Notes under the pieces: model-generated
The model's database searches: none
The model's input: the letters and a program-made list of their open reading frames with translations, nothing else
What the model was told of the DNA's origin: nothing
DNA from: the human T2T-CHM13v2.0 reference genome, Homo sapiens
Assembly: GCF_009914755.1 (NCBI RefSeq)
Contig: NC_060930.1
Strand: one strand, 5' to 3'
DNA: 64,000 nt
Program-made: the position numbers and the translations under genes
In this document: positions 1 to 18,615 of the stretch, in pieces
Layout: every line of letters begins with the position of its first letter
Numbering within the stretch: position 1 is the stretch's first letter

Positions 1-1
1 A

Positions 2-407
<406 letters not shown>

Positions 408-516
408 AAAAATGCCTCTCCCCTTTAGGAGCAGGAAGGATGGGAATGCAGAGATTAGGAAAGACAGGGAGATGGTGGTTCTGAGTTACATGTAGAACAC
501 AAAATTAACTAGACTA

Positions 517-760
517 GGTCAGTGTATCAAGACGCTTGGCTACAAGACACAGAAAGCTCATTTTAAACAGGCCGAAACAACAAAGGGAACTGATTGGCTT
601 ACGTATTTGAAAAGACCCAAGGAAGGGCTGATGTGATCCAGCAGCTCAGGCCTGAAGACCCTGCTTCCCTCCACGTCTCTGCCCTGCCTTGCACCATATA
701 GGGGGTAGTTCTAACTGTGGGTATGAGATTGCCCACAAGACTATAGACTGGAAAGAAAAA
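517..760 (-). mobile_element. Old MaLR LTR fragment (MLT1J/K-like)
   Basis: Resembles MLT1J/K end motif (..CAAG-CACAGAAA..AACAACAAAGGGAACTGATTGGCTTACGTA..GAAAAG). Confidence 0.55.
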
Positions 761-789
761 GGGTGAAACCACGAGAAACACCAGCATGG

Positions 790-1200
790 AATTATAGATA
801 GAGGTAGACGAATCAGCAAAGGAAACTAGGATAAACCAGGCGTGTGTCTCCGAGGCGAAGAAAGGAAGGGTTCCAGAAGAAGGGAATGGTTAGCAAAGGC
901 AAATGCCACTGGGAGTCCAGTAAGAGAACCACAGCAAATGTTCGTTGGGTTTGGTAGTTTGGTGTTTACTGATGACCTTGGCAGTAGCCGGTTGCTGAAG
1001 CAATGAAGACAGAAGACAGATCATATGGGATGCAGACTGCATGGAAGGGGCTAGAGGGACAGAGCATTTATGAACTGAGAAATAAGCCAGGGAGAGACAG
1101 AGAGAGAGACTGAAAGAGTAAGGCCTTGGGAGGAGCTGGAAAGGCCACTTGAGAATAACAGAAGGGAAGGATTAACCTTGAATAGGAAAAATGTCTCTTC
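790..1200 (-). mobile_element. LINE2 fragment
   Basis: Purine-rich, GGTTTGGTAG..ACTGATGACCTTGGCAG typical of antisense L2. Confidence 0.55.
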
Positions 1201-1257
1201 CTCCCAGTCCCTGAGACCGGAGAGAAATTGTAAGGATGATGTGGATGTAAACAAGTT

Positions 1258-1551
<294 letters not shown>

Positions 1552-1647
1552 TTAGGGAGTGTGCTTATGGGTAAGTGTAAGAGGACACTGTGGGAAATTG
1601 AGAGAATTCACAACCAATGGTCTCTATTTTCACCCACTGAATAAGAA

Positions 1648-2925
<1,278 letters not shown>

Positions 2926-3094
2926 GGACCACAGAGCCGTCCTCTGTCTATCCCTGGGATTCTCTTACTAACAGGGCGCTGCTGCTCACAGAGTTAAAAG
3001 AATTCACTCCAGGCTAACCATTGATCTGGTTCTCACACTTCAACGTTTCCTTTCTTCCACCTGGCACATAAAGAATCGTTTGCCAGCAGCCAGC

Positions 3095-3195
3095 AGTCTA
3101 ATCATTAAGCGGCTGGGAAGGGAGACATCAAAGCAGTAAACAACACACAGAACAGTGTTACTTGAGCAATTTGCCTAAGAAACCACTTTATCTTC
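3095..3195. promoter_or_regulatory. Candidate endoderm/liver-gut enhancer motif cluster
   Basis: CTAATCATTAAG (HNF1-like) 3098-3109, ACATCAAAG (TCF/LEF) 3125-3133, GTAAACA (FOX) 3136-3142, TTGAGCAAT (C/EBP) 3162-3170, TTATCT (GATA) 3188-3193, all in non-repeat DNA. Confidence 0.45.
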
Positions 3196-3605
3196 TCGGA
3201 GAGCTAGATGCATAAATTGTCTGCAGTTGTCTTTGGGGAGAGTTGACGAGGTCCGCAGGGGAGGAGTTACTGGTATGGCCAGTGAGTGTACTGAATACTG
3301 ATTCCAGGAAAATTAGGAAAACACTTCTGGTGTGTTTGCTCCTGTAACCCCGGCTGCTGCACCAAGCTTCTAGTGTGTTGTTTTTCTTCTATTCTCTGAC
3401 CCCCTCCTCTCAAGTAAGCCATATTTTGTGCAGATCTTCGGTCTTTGGGGAATGTGTCTCTTCCATTTTCTCCCTCCCAGCCCTGCCCCTCCTCTCTTTC
3501 CGACCTTTGGGTCCTCCACTTCAGCTGAGGGACCCTAAAAACTTGGCTACCACTTTCCCAAATCTCAAAGGAAGATAACAGTGATGGCCATTAAAATACT
3601 GTTCA

Positions 3606-3987
<382 letters not shown>

Positions 3988-4380
3988 TCACAGCCTAGTG
4001 TCTACTTAGACTATTATTTTTGCATTGATTTGTCTACAGTTAACATCATACAGACCATCTAGGAGTTACTGCAAAATTGATACCAGGGAATTAAAATACA
4101 CTTTAAAATACAAAGTTCTATATAAATTGTAAATCATCTTTCCTAGCGGAGGTTGCTCTTCTATATCAGCTTTCTTCCTCTGAGCCTCTCATCATGTCTC
4201 ATTACCTTTTGCTGAATGCAGCAGGCTGTTCAATGCTGTTCTCACTGTCAACTTTTAAGCCGTGGGTGCCATGATTATATAGCTGAAGGAGCTTATTTTC
4301 CGGAAGATTTATGAAACCTTTGGGAGTCATCTGCTTTGACAGAACCCTTTGTGGAATGAGGGAGGGGATAAATAAATATA

Positions 4381-4706
4381 CAGTCATGCATCACTTAACC
4401 TAAAAAATGCGTTCAGAGAAATGCAACATTAGACAATTTTGTCATTGTGTGAACATCATAGAGCAAACCCACGCAAACCTAGATGGAATAACTGGCTACA
4501 CACCTAGGCTACAAGCCTGAACAGCATGTTACTGCACTGAATACTGTAGGCAACTATAACATGGTGGTAAGATTTAATAAGATTTAATATCTGTGTATGA
4601 AAACATAGAAAAGGTAGAGTGAAAATGTGGTACTATAATCTTCTGAGGCCACTGTCATACATGCAGTCTGTTGTTGACCAAAACATTGTTGTGTGGCACA
4701 TGACTG
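4381..4706. mobile_element. Tigger3a-like (GOLEM/MER7) non-autonomous TcMar transposon, full length
   Basis: Terminal inverted repeats CAGTCATG..CATGACTG with TA TSD on both sides; internal ACACCTAGGCTA and TACTGTAGGCAA motifs. Confidence 0.9.
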
Positions 4707-4729
4707 TAGAGATAAATGCTAGGATTTCA

Positions 4730-5030
4730 GGCCCAAAGGTTTTATATATATGTATACATACATATATGTATAGACATGCAAAGGTTTTATATATATGTGT
4801 ACACATATATAACCTTTGGGTTATATATACATATGTATGTATGTACATATACCTTTGTATATACCCCAAAGGTTATATATGTATATATGTGTATATAAAA
4901 CCTTTGTATGTCTATACATATATATAAAACCTTTGGGCCAGAAATATACGCATATATATGTACACATATATACAGATATCTATCTATCACAGATAGATAG
5001 AGAGAGAGAGAGATCTGTATCATGTGTACA
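4730..5030. repeat. AT-rich (TA/CA) low-complexity tract containing a 210-bp quasi-palindrome
   Basis: GGCCCAAAGGTTTTATATA at 4730 mirrored by TATATAAAACCTTTGGGCC ending 4939. Confidence 0.9.
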
Positions 5031-5045
5031 CATTTGAATACAGAC

Positions 5046-5150
5046 CAGGGCTCAACAAACTCTTTCAGTAAATATTTTAGGCTTTGCAAGCCACATATCG
5101 TCTCTGTGGTATATTCTTCATTTTTATTATAATCTTGTAAACGTAATAAC
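5046..5150. mobile_element. MER58B-like hAT-Charlie fragment
   Basis: CAGGGCTCAACAAACT..AGTAAATATTTTAGGCTTTGCAAGCCACATA..GTCTCTGT. Confidence 0.7.
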
Positions 5151-5152
5151 CA

Positions 5153-5470
5153 GGCCAGGCATGGTGGCTCACCCCGTGCTGTAATCCCAACACTTTGGAA
5201 AGCCAAGGTTTCCAAGTGTTGGAAGGTTCCAAGCCAAGGTTCCAAGCCAAGGAGGATCTCTTGAGACCAGAAGTTTGAGACCACCCTGGGTAATATAGTG
5301 AGACCTTGCCTCTAAGAAAAAAATTTTTTTTTAAATTAGCGCACCTGTAATCCCAGCTAACAGGCTGAGGTGGGAGAATCACTTGAGTTAGGGAAGTTGA
5401 GGCTGCAGTGAGCAGTGAGCATGCCATTGTACTCCAACCTGGGTGACACAGTGAGACTGTCTCTAAAAAA
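5153..5470 (+). mobile_element. AluJ with internal rearrangement
   Basis: Alu dimer; about 40-bp non-consensus insert at 5209-5250. Confidence 0.9.
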
Positions 5471-5498
5471 CATAAACATTAAAAATGAATACATGTAG

Positions 5499-5751
5499 GG
5501 CTGGGCGCGGTGGCTCACGCCTGTAATCCCAGCACTTTGGGAGGCCGAGGAGGGTGGATTGCCTGAGGTTAGGAGTTTGAGACCAATCTGGCCAACATGT
5601 TGAAACCCTGTCTCTACTAAAAATACAAAAAAATTAGCTGAGTGTGGTGGCGTGCGCCTGTAATCCCAGCAACTCAGGAGGCTGAGGCAGGGGAATTGCT
5701 TGAACCAGGGAGGTGGAGGTTGCAGTGAGCCGAGATCACCCCACTGCACTC
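5499..5751 (+). mobile_element. AluS, 3'-truncated (no tail)
   Basis: Ends at CCACTGCACTC. Confidence 0.92.
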
Positions 5752-5820
5752 ATTATTTTATTTGAATTTCACCACAAGTTTGTTAATTCCTTGTATTATC
5801 CTCATTTAAAAGCTGAAAAA

Positions 5821-6090
<270 letters not shown>

Positions 6091-6209
6091 TTAAATAGCC
6101 AGGTTGTTGAGTGATAGCGGAGTGATCATGGGTGAAATAAAATGGAGTCCCAGCTTTGATCCTTTGTCTTTAGTCACTGTCATCTCCTCTTCCTCCTTTC
6201 CTTTTCATG

Positions 6210-6500
6210 GAACTGATATTTACTGAGTGACTGTGACATGCTGAGGCCCTGTGCGAAGCTGGAGATCCGGTGGAGCGCCACAGGCACGGTCCAGCCTGCC
6301 TGATGGCGCCCCGTTAGCTGGCAGGCAGGCAGGAAGCTAGCAATCAGAGCACCGTGTGCTCAGGGGTGTGACGGGGTGAGCGCAGGGGGCCGAGGGGGCA
6401 CCAGGCAGCGCAGCCAACCCAAACCTGGACAGGCAGAAAAGGCTTCCATGAGAAGTATTGTCTGCATTGAAGGGTCAACAATGAGGAGTGTCAGCTGGGG
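6210..6500 (-). mobile_element. LINE2 3' fragment (CpG-rich)
   Basis: ATATTTACTGAG..GGCCCTGTGC..GCTGGAGAT..AGGCTTCC pattern of the L2 3' end. Confidence 0.6.
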
Positions 6501-6719
6501 GGAGAGCTTTGCAGAGCCTCAGACACCCCTGTTTCAGGACCCCACAGCGCAGATCTGCAGGGGCAGGGTTTTATCCAGCCTCTGCCTCAGGCAGCTCGTC
6601 TCCCAGGCTCCGGACTCATGAACCACTTCTTAGGGGAGTATGCAAACCAGGAGAACCAGAGGCCCAGATCTGTAGTACCTGTGTGGTTGGTTATTTAGTG
6701 CATCTCTACCTGCCCAGAA

Positions 6720-6815
6720 GGGCAGAAACAAGAGGTTTGGAGAGCATGTGCCTTGTTCACGGCTGCATCCCCAGTGCCTAGAACAGTGCCTGGCTGAGAC
6801 AAAATTCCAATTATT
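6720..6815 (+). mobile_element. LINE2 3' end
   Basis: TTGTTCACGGCTGCATCCCCAGTGCCTAGAACAGTGCCTGGC. Confidence 0.8.
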
Positions 6816-7739
6816 TAGAGGGTAGAGGAAACAGGTGGATGCACGGTCCTTTTCACACTGACCATTGCTACTTGCGGGCAGGGAGACCAGGGAGGAGCCC
6901 AGGGCAAGGGAGGCCCCCACACCTAGGAGATTTTTGAAGTCAGAAACACACCCTAAAGATGCTCATGGCCTCTCATCTGCCTTTCTCCACCAGCCCTCAC
7001 GTTGTACTTGGTGAATACGCTGCTCCGACTTTAAAGTTTCTTCCTAATAAGAGAGATCTAGGTTTAATTAAACCCAAGTAATAGAAAACAAGGGCATTTG
7101 GGCACATTCGGCTCACACAACAGGATTCCCTACTTAGCCTGTCCACTAAAGGGAGTTTCTACTGTCAAAGTTATTATTGCCCTCTGTGTGAAAGAAGAAA
7201 TGTGTACAAAGCACTATGAGTTAATTAATAATTGTTGATTGACAGTGATTGGCATGTAATATTGGTGCCCCAAAAGAAATTTTAAAAACAGGTTTCTTTA
7301 ATCTTTGAAAAATGCCACGTGAAGAGGGTCTTCATTCTCGGTGTTACTCTCCCCACCATGCCAGCTCCCCCTATATTCCTGTTGATTTGAGGGATTGTTC
7401 TTAACAGAAATAAGTTGATTTATTCCTGTTGATTACAGGGATTCCTGTAATCCCTGATGTATTCCTATTGGTTTTGTCCCAAGTTCAGTGCCAAAATTGC
7501 TCTGGTTGGGAGAAAACTTGAAAATGGCCATTATCCAAACCTAAAGCTGTTCCCAGCTGGTCCTAAGGCTACAGATGTTTCTCTACAACAGCCCAAATCA
7601 CAGAGACAGGGGATTGGCCTACACACGGTGCTTCAGAGGCTCCCCTGAAGCCGACCCAAGGGGAGTCTACTCTACATGCTTGGGACCCTGCAGGAACCAG
7701 ATAAAGATGTAGTCTTTGGACCATCGCATCTAGTGGCAG

Positions 7740-7915
7740 TAATATTTATTGAGCACTTACTATGTGCCGGGCACAGTTACTCATTTAATACTCACATGAT
7801 CCCCAAGGAAGAAGTTACCATCATCATCCCCATATTATAGATGCAAAAACTGAAGCCCAGAAAGATTAAGTCACTTGTGAAAAATATGGCAGGGCCCAGA
7901 CTTGCTGCCAGGCAG
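7740..7915 (-). mobile_element. MIR
   Basis: ATTTATTGAGCACTTACTATGTGCC..CCCCAT..AGATG..AAACTGAAGCCCAGAAAGATTAAGTCACTTG. Confidence 0.85.
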
Positions 7916-8189
7916 GCAGGCAGCAGAGGCGGCATGCTTAGCTGCAAGGCTATGTTGCTTTTGTCCAACTCTTGCCTTTTTTGCTGTTGTAGCCATTTTT
8001 GTTTTGCCAACATACAAAAAGAGTTTAATACATGAAAGTTATCTAAAGCCATTCAGTCTCTTCTTTCCCTCTAGAAGCCAAAGCTGGAGAGATTCCAATC
8101 ACGGCAGCACTGCGCATAGACATTCTCCTTTTAAATGCAAACACCTTTGATAAGAGTAACTCAGGCCTGAAAAGAGAGCTCCCAGAGGA

Positions 8190-8660
8190 CCAGGACCTTC
8201 TTTATCTGCATGCCCAGGACTAAGCAGGGTATCGGGTAGTGGGTGCTCAGTAAGTATTTCTTGAATGAACCTTGGTGAGTATTTAATGGTTTCATGTACC
8301 TTGTTTTATGAGAACAAACTTTTGTTGAGTGATTGCTTTAGCCTCCTAGTCTGTTAGGCTCTAAATATAGCAAAGAATGTAATCTAGTTCCTGTCCTAAA
8401 GGAGCTTCCGGCCTACTGGGAGAAGAAAGAGACTAGTAAGCAAATAATTACAGAAAAATAAAGCCACAGTGGGTGTGTATAGCATTGCCCTATGGGAACA
8501 CGGGGCAGGACAGCCTAAGACAATCTGGGCGTGTGCGTGGGAGGATTAAAGGAATTTCCAGTAGTGCGGGGAGGCTGGAATCTACAGTAGTCCCAGGAAT
8601 GGCCCCAGGAGGAGTGCCTTCAGTGGAGGCTGGGAAGGGAAGGAGGCCAGATCACAGAGG
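8190..8660. mobile_element. LINE2 fragments (both orientations)
   Basis: GTGCTCAGTAAGTATTTCTTGAATGAA (+); GTTCCTGTCCTAAAGGAGCTT..GGCCAGATCACAGAGGG (-). Confidence 0.6.
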
Positions 8661-8796
8661 GTTTGTATACAGACAGGGTCCAGGTGGGCCAGGCCACGCC
8701 CTACATTTTGGCATAGCTATTAATAGTCTCCCATTACTCACTAGAGCATCCCAATCAATTATGCAGACATCCTATTTATATTTATGTAATATGTAC

Positions 8797-8832
8797 TATA
8801 TATATACATATATATATGTATATATATATATA
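8797..8832. repeat. (TA)n microsatellite
   Basis: Direct observation. Confidence 0.9.
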
Positions 8833-8901
8833 GACTAAGGACTTGAACTTCATCCAACCACTTGCATTGCAAATGTAGAGGAATGTTAAGATAATAAGAT
8901 A

Positions 8902-9245
<344 letters not shown>

Positions 9246-9274
9246 TCAGAGTCCAGTTGTGCACATATGTAACT

Positions 9275-9442
9275 GCCCACACCCGGCTTCAGGGGTTCTG
9301 CGTCAGAATCACTTGGGGTTTCATAAAATGGACAGTCACCCTAACTCAGTCAGACTCTCTAGAGGAGAAGCTGCGGAAACTGTAGGGTTAACAAGCCACC
9401 CAGATCATTTTCATGCGCTCCAAAGTATGGAAACCACAGACT
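9275..9442. mobile_element. MER5-like hAT fragment
   Basis: TCAGAATCACTTGGG..TTAACAAGC..CAAAGTATGGAAACCAC. Confidence 0.6.
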
Positions 9443-9631
9443 GAAACATCACCAAGCTAACAGGTGCCTGAATGAGGTAGGAGGAGGGGGGCATAGCAGC
9501 TCTGCTCCAATGCTGTGTCTGCTGAGGGACAGGCCCGCAGGCCCCACAGAGTCTGCTCTGAGTATCCAGGGGCAGAGGAGGACATCTGCTCCTGGGAGTG
9601 GGGAGAGAAAATAAAGTAAGAACTATAACTA

Positions 9632-10291
<660 letters not shown>

Positions 10292-10359
10292 CTAAAGGTT
10301 CATTCTGAAAAAAGAAGGAAATAAAGAGAGAGAAAAAGAAAGAGAAAGAAAGAGAGAGG

Positions 10360-10515
10360 GGCTGGATGTGGTGGCTCATGCCTGTAATCCCAGCACTTTG
10401 GGAAGCTGAGGTGGGCAGATTGCTTGAGCCAAGTAGGTCAAGGCTGCAGTGAGCCGTAATCGTGCCACCGTACTCCAGTCTGGGTGACAGATTGAGATCC
10501 TGTCTCAAAAAAAAG
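10360..10515 (+). mobile_element. Alu monomer (FRAM/FAM-like)
   Basis: Single-arm Alu flanked by GA-rich tracts. Confidence 0.85.
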
Positions 10516-10650
10516 AAAAGGAAAGACAGAAGAAAGGAAGAAAACAGAGAAAGAGAGGGAAAAATAGAGAGAGAAGAGAGTAGAAAAGATAGAAAGAAAA
10601 GGAAGGAAGGAAAAGAAAAAGGAAGAAAGAAAGAGAGAAAGAAAAAAGGA
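10507..10650. repeat. GA-rich low-complexity tract
   Basis: Direct observation. Confidence 0.85.
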
Positions 10651-10814
10651 CCAAACTTAGAACTGTTGTGAGTTTGGGCAGGAAAGAGAAGGCCAGCTGA
10701 GTCACCGTCATCAAGCAACGACACTTGGAACATCTCCTGGCATCAGGGTTTTCAGGAAAGGGCCCATTTTCTAACCTACCAGCGAGCACAAGGAAGATAC
10801 CTGTTGGCAGGTAG

Positions 10815-11240
<426 letters not shown>

Positions 11241-11907
11241 TGCTCCTATCCTTATTGATTGCCACCCTTCTCAAGACCCTCTGTAAAATTTCTGCATTCC
11301 TTCTAAACACAGAGCCCAAACAGCAAAAAGGATCTAATCAACAACAAACTCCCTGTTCTTATTTGCCAGACTTTTAATATTGTTTTAAGACACAGTTAAC
11401 TTGCATTCAGTTTACAGCTCACTGTTGCTTATGTTCACTTCAGAGAAGTCTGTCTTTCTCAGCAATATAAAAACTGAAAACATTCTTCCTTAATTTGTAT
11501 CTGGGTAGTTTTACTCTTAACTCAGTTGAGCTGCTTTAGGTCAAATGGTATCCCAAAATTTCCTAAAGTATGTTTCTCAGAGCAGGAGTATTAGATTATG
11601 TTCCTGGCTTAGGGATCAAATTAGGTGGAAGGGAGGTGGTAATGCAGACATCTCTTGGAGATTTACAATGATGGTAGCATGTAGAAGGCTGCGAGAAGTC
11701 TGCATTTTTCTAATTAAGTATTGCCCTGCTTACTAGCCTACTCCTGACACTGCAACCTCTAGCATCTCTTTCTGACTTCCCGGGAGCAAGGGCTTTCCTG
11801 GTGCTGGACCAACATGTCTCCCTAAATCCTCCACGTGGCAAAATGATATTCCTCACTATGTTGCTGATGACAAGTTTCAGGGTTTTTTCTTTCCCCAAAT
11901 GAAATAA

Positions 11908-12750
<843 letters not shown>

Positions 12751-12879
12751 CCTTTTGACATGGTGCTGAGATCACGGGTAAGCACCAAGTGTGTGCAGGT
12801 AGGTCCCAGTGGTGGGTTAGGAACAGGCAGGATCCCCTGTTCCCTTCTCACAGGGACGGCACATTCACGTGCCCCACAA

Positions 12880-13645
<766 letters not shown>

Positions 13646-14714
13646 AGATGTGCTTCCAGGCTAGAAAGAGTGGCCTTCAAACTGGTACACACATGCATAC
13701 ATATGTGAGCAGGGGACATTCTTACCAAGTACAATCTTATGTGACACCCCAATATATAAAGGGGGTAAGTGGAGCTGTTTGGCTGAGGTGGAATGCAGGG
13801 AGAGCAGCATCACTCCATCAAGGACACACTGGATTGTAGGGGACGCAAGGACTCCAAGCCCTCGATGTCTTTCAAAGGAGGTCAGAGGGAGGGCCACATT
13901 GTACTTGCTGTCCTTGGGAGAACGCCCCAAACCCTCCCTCTCTGGCTCTGCGCCTTGGCCCACACAGGCCCCGTCTCTTTGCCACCACAGAGAGAATCAG
14001 GCACCCAGAGAAGTTCTGCACATGATAAGAAGGACTTGGGTGAGAATCACACGGAGGTCCTGACTTACAGTTTTTTTGAAAAGCAAATCATTCGCATATC
14101 TCAGCAAAAGTCCTCAAAGGACATTCCTGAGTTTCAGTGGGAGGAAAAATGAGTTGCTTTCTGAGCCCTCTCAGCACCTTTCTGGACTGGTGAATGTTAC
14201 AATATGCTGTGTTGCTACAACTTTATCTACAAACTGGGCCCGAGCGTCCGACACAGACTGTTCCTGCACTCACAAATGACGGTGTATTCCAGAAGTTCAT
14301 TTGTAGGTGAGTTGTTTGCATCTCAGAAAGCCTTTTCCCTCTGTCGGGGGCTAGAGATCTCAATGTCTATTGATTGTTACAGACAGCAAGACAGAGCTCT
14401 TGTAGCTGGCTGGCCTCCACCGTGGGCCTCGCAGAGCCCCCAGACTCAGAGCCCTGGGCAACACTGGGCTTGAAAGCAGGGCTAGAAGGGAAGGGCAAAA
14501 TGGGGCACAGGGTCTCCCAGGCACTCAGCAGTCATGGGCATTGCTGAGGGGGTGCCAAGGACAAGAGGGTTGAGGGGCAAGACGGTCACCATGGGGGTGG
14601 CTGCAGAAGGCCGGAGCAATCTGTATGTCAGATAACTTGGTGGGGCAGGCCTGCCTGTATTGTTGCCATCTGGCTAATAAGGATTTGAAGGCTGTGAAAG
14701 GGAAGGGGTTTTGC

Positions 14715-15148
14715 TGTAATCGTTTCCTAGGGCTGCTAGGAAAACCAAGTGCCACCAACTGAGTGGCTTAAAGCAACAGAAATGTATTCTCTCGCAGTTC
14801 TGGAGGCTGCAAGTCTGAGATCAAGGTGTCAGCAGAGCTGTGCTCTCTCTCCCGCCTTCTGGTTGTTGCCAGCAATGCTTGGCGTTCCTGGCCTGCGGCT
14901 GCATGACACATTTCTCTGCCTCCGGTGCTCCATGGCCACCTCCCCTCTGCACGCCTGTCTCCACATGGCCTTCTCCCTGTCCATGTGTCTCTTCTCATAA
15001 GGACACCAGTCTTACTGGATCCTAATGACCCTATCGTAATATGATCACATCTGCAAAGCACCTATTTCCAAATAAAGTTACATTTACAGGTACTAGAGGT
15101 TAGGACTTCAACCTATCTTTTTTTGGAGAAACAATTTAACCCGTAACA
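14715..15148 (-). mobile_element. MLT1B/C-like solo LTR, near full length
   Basis: TG..CA ends; GCAACAGAAATGTATTCTCTCGCAGTTCTGGAGGC; ATAAGGACACCAGTC; CTATTTCCAAATAA. Confidence 0.88.
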
Positions 15149-15391
15149 GAGGCATATAATCTGTCATCCCACCTAAAATAAAAATACAATCTATAATGGC
15201 CATGATGTGTAGCCACAGAGCCTCTGCTAAATACTGCCAGCAACAGGCAGGGAATCCATTCCATTTTTAGGTAGCCCCAGTCATGAGCTACCTCATTCCT
15301 TAAAATGGCCCAAAATACGCTTCTCCAGACTTTCACCTGTTGAACTGTTTTCCTTTATTGAACTACATAGAATAAATCCAATCACTCTTGA

Positions 15392-15809
<418 letters not shown>

Positions 15810-16409
15810 TAAGATCTCTCAGGATTCTAGTCACTGAACTCTGGACATGGTCAATGGTCTAGGCCCATCCTAAGAAGAGGCTTCCATGACTGAAAGCCTA
15901 CAATGTAGATATGATCTGATGGATGAAGAAATCAATGGGTGTATTTATTTCTAGGATTTGAGCATTACCCCACTACAGAAACCTAACCTTGTATTGAGAT
16001 TTCTGTTTTGGTTTGGTTACAGTTTGGGTTTATCCGCTTGCTTGTTTTGCAGAGGGTCGCAGAGTTTAGTGGCAAAGCTGGGCTGTTGACTCAGATTACG
16101 TTTGCGTCAGTTAAAATCTCTGAGCTTTTTCATAATTCCTCTTAAATCACATCTTCCACTCATTACTTGTGCTGTTTCTTTTTGAACCTCCTGCATGTTG
16201 GTTCCTATTAAATTTCATCTTACTGCTCTTTGTACTTCAATGTAACAGCACATTCCACCTCTTGCAAATGTTGGCATGTCATTCCTGCATTAGCCATCCA
16301 ACCCAGCTCTGGTAATCTGCTTCCAACAGGAAAAAACAAGGAGGAAAGAGAACCAATATCTAGAACATTTATTAAGACGCCAGCAAGCTAGACAATTGTT
16401 AATTGACAT

Positions 16410-16525
16410 CTTTTTAATTGACATCAACACACAAACAGAAAAGTGCACAAAGAAACATACAATTCAATGAATTCTCACAAAGCAGATGCCTGTGTAGCCA
16501 CCCATGTCAAGAAAGAGAACATTAG
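16410..16525 (-). mobile_element. L1M 3' terminus fragment
   Basis: ACAGAAAAGTGCACAAA..TCAATGAATTCTCACAAAG..GTCAAGAAAGAGAACATT. Confidence 0.6.
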
Positions 16526-16539
16526 GCTGGGAATGTTTT

Positions 16540-17401
<862 letters not shown>

Positions 17402-17439
17402 TCAACAAAGAAAAAAAACCAGTGTAGTCCTATTACCCC

Positions 17440-17785
17440 CATGCTTAGCACTGTCTGAAATGTCCTCTCCCTCCCTCCCATCCTTACTTTTTTTCTGATC
17501 AACACCTCTTCATCCCCACTTCAGCATTCCTTCCGCTGTGAAGCTTTGGGAGACTTTCTCAGGTTGAGCTAATCAGCTCCTCTTTTGTGACCTTCTGGTA
17601 CTTCCTATTCTTCTAGTTAGAGCAGCGGTCTCATGAATAGACTCCTATTTCCTGGGTTATCTCCCTCACGAAAGAGTTGTCTTGAGGGGAGGAGTATGGT
17701 TTGTTCATCTTTGTACTTCCACTGGTTAACAAAGTACCTGGAAAAAAATAGGCATTCAATGTGTGTGCTGTGGTATTGTTGAATG
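17440..17785 (+). mobile_element. LINE2 3' fragment
   Basis: TTGTTCATCTTTGTA..TAGGCATTCAATGTGTG..TTGTTGAATG. Confidence 0.6.
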
Positions 17786-17889
17786 CGGTAGAGGATGGCT
17801 GAGAGAATGCAGAGCCTGAGTGCAGAAGCGGGGCTGCAGGTGCTGGGGGCTGAACCAGGGCAGCAGTAGTGGGGATGGAGATGCTTAGG

Positions 17890-18615
<726 letters not shown>

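Noticed and set aside
4619-5037. Y/I/C/V-rich ORFs
   Set aside because: Products of TA/CA dinucleotide sequence
10694-10706. AP-1/ARE-like GCTGAGTCAC
   Set aside because: Isolated single motif, plausible by chance in 64 kb
13748-13772. TATATAAAG followed by GGG|GTAAGT
   Set aside because: The donor lies too close to the TATA box to follow a start site, and there is no other promoter evidence
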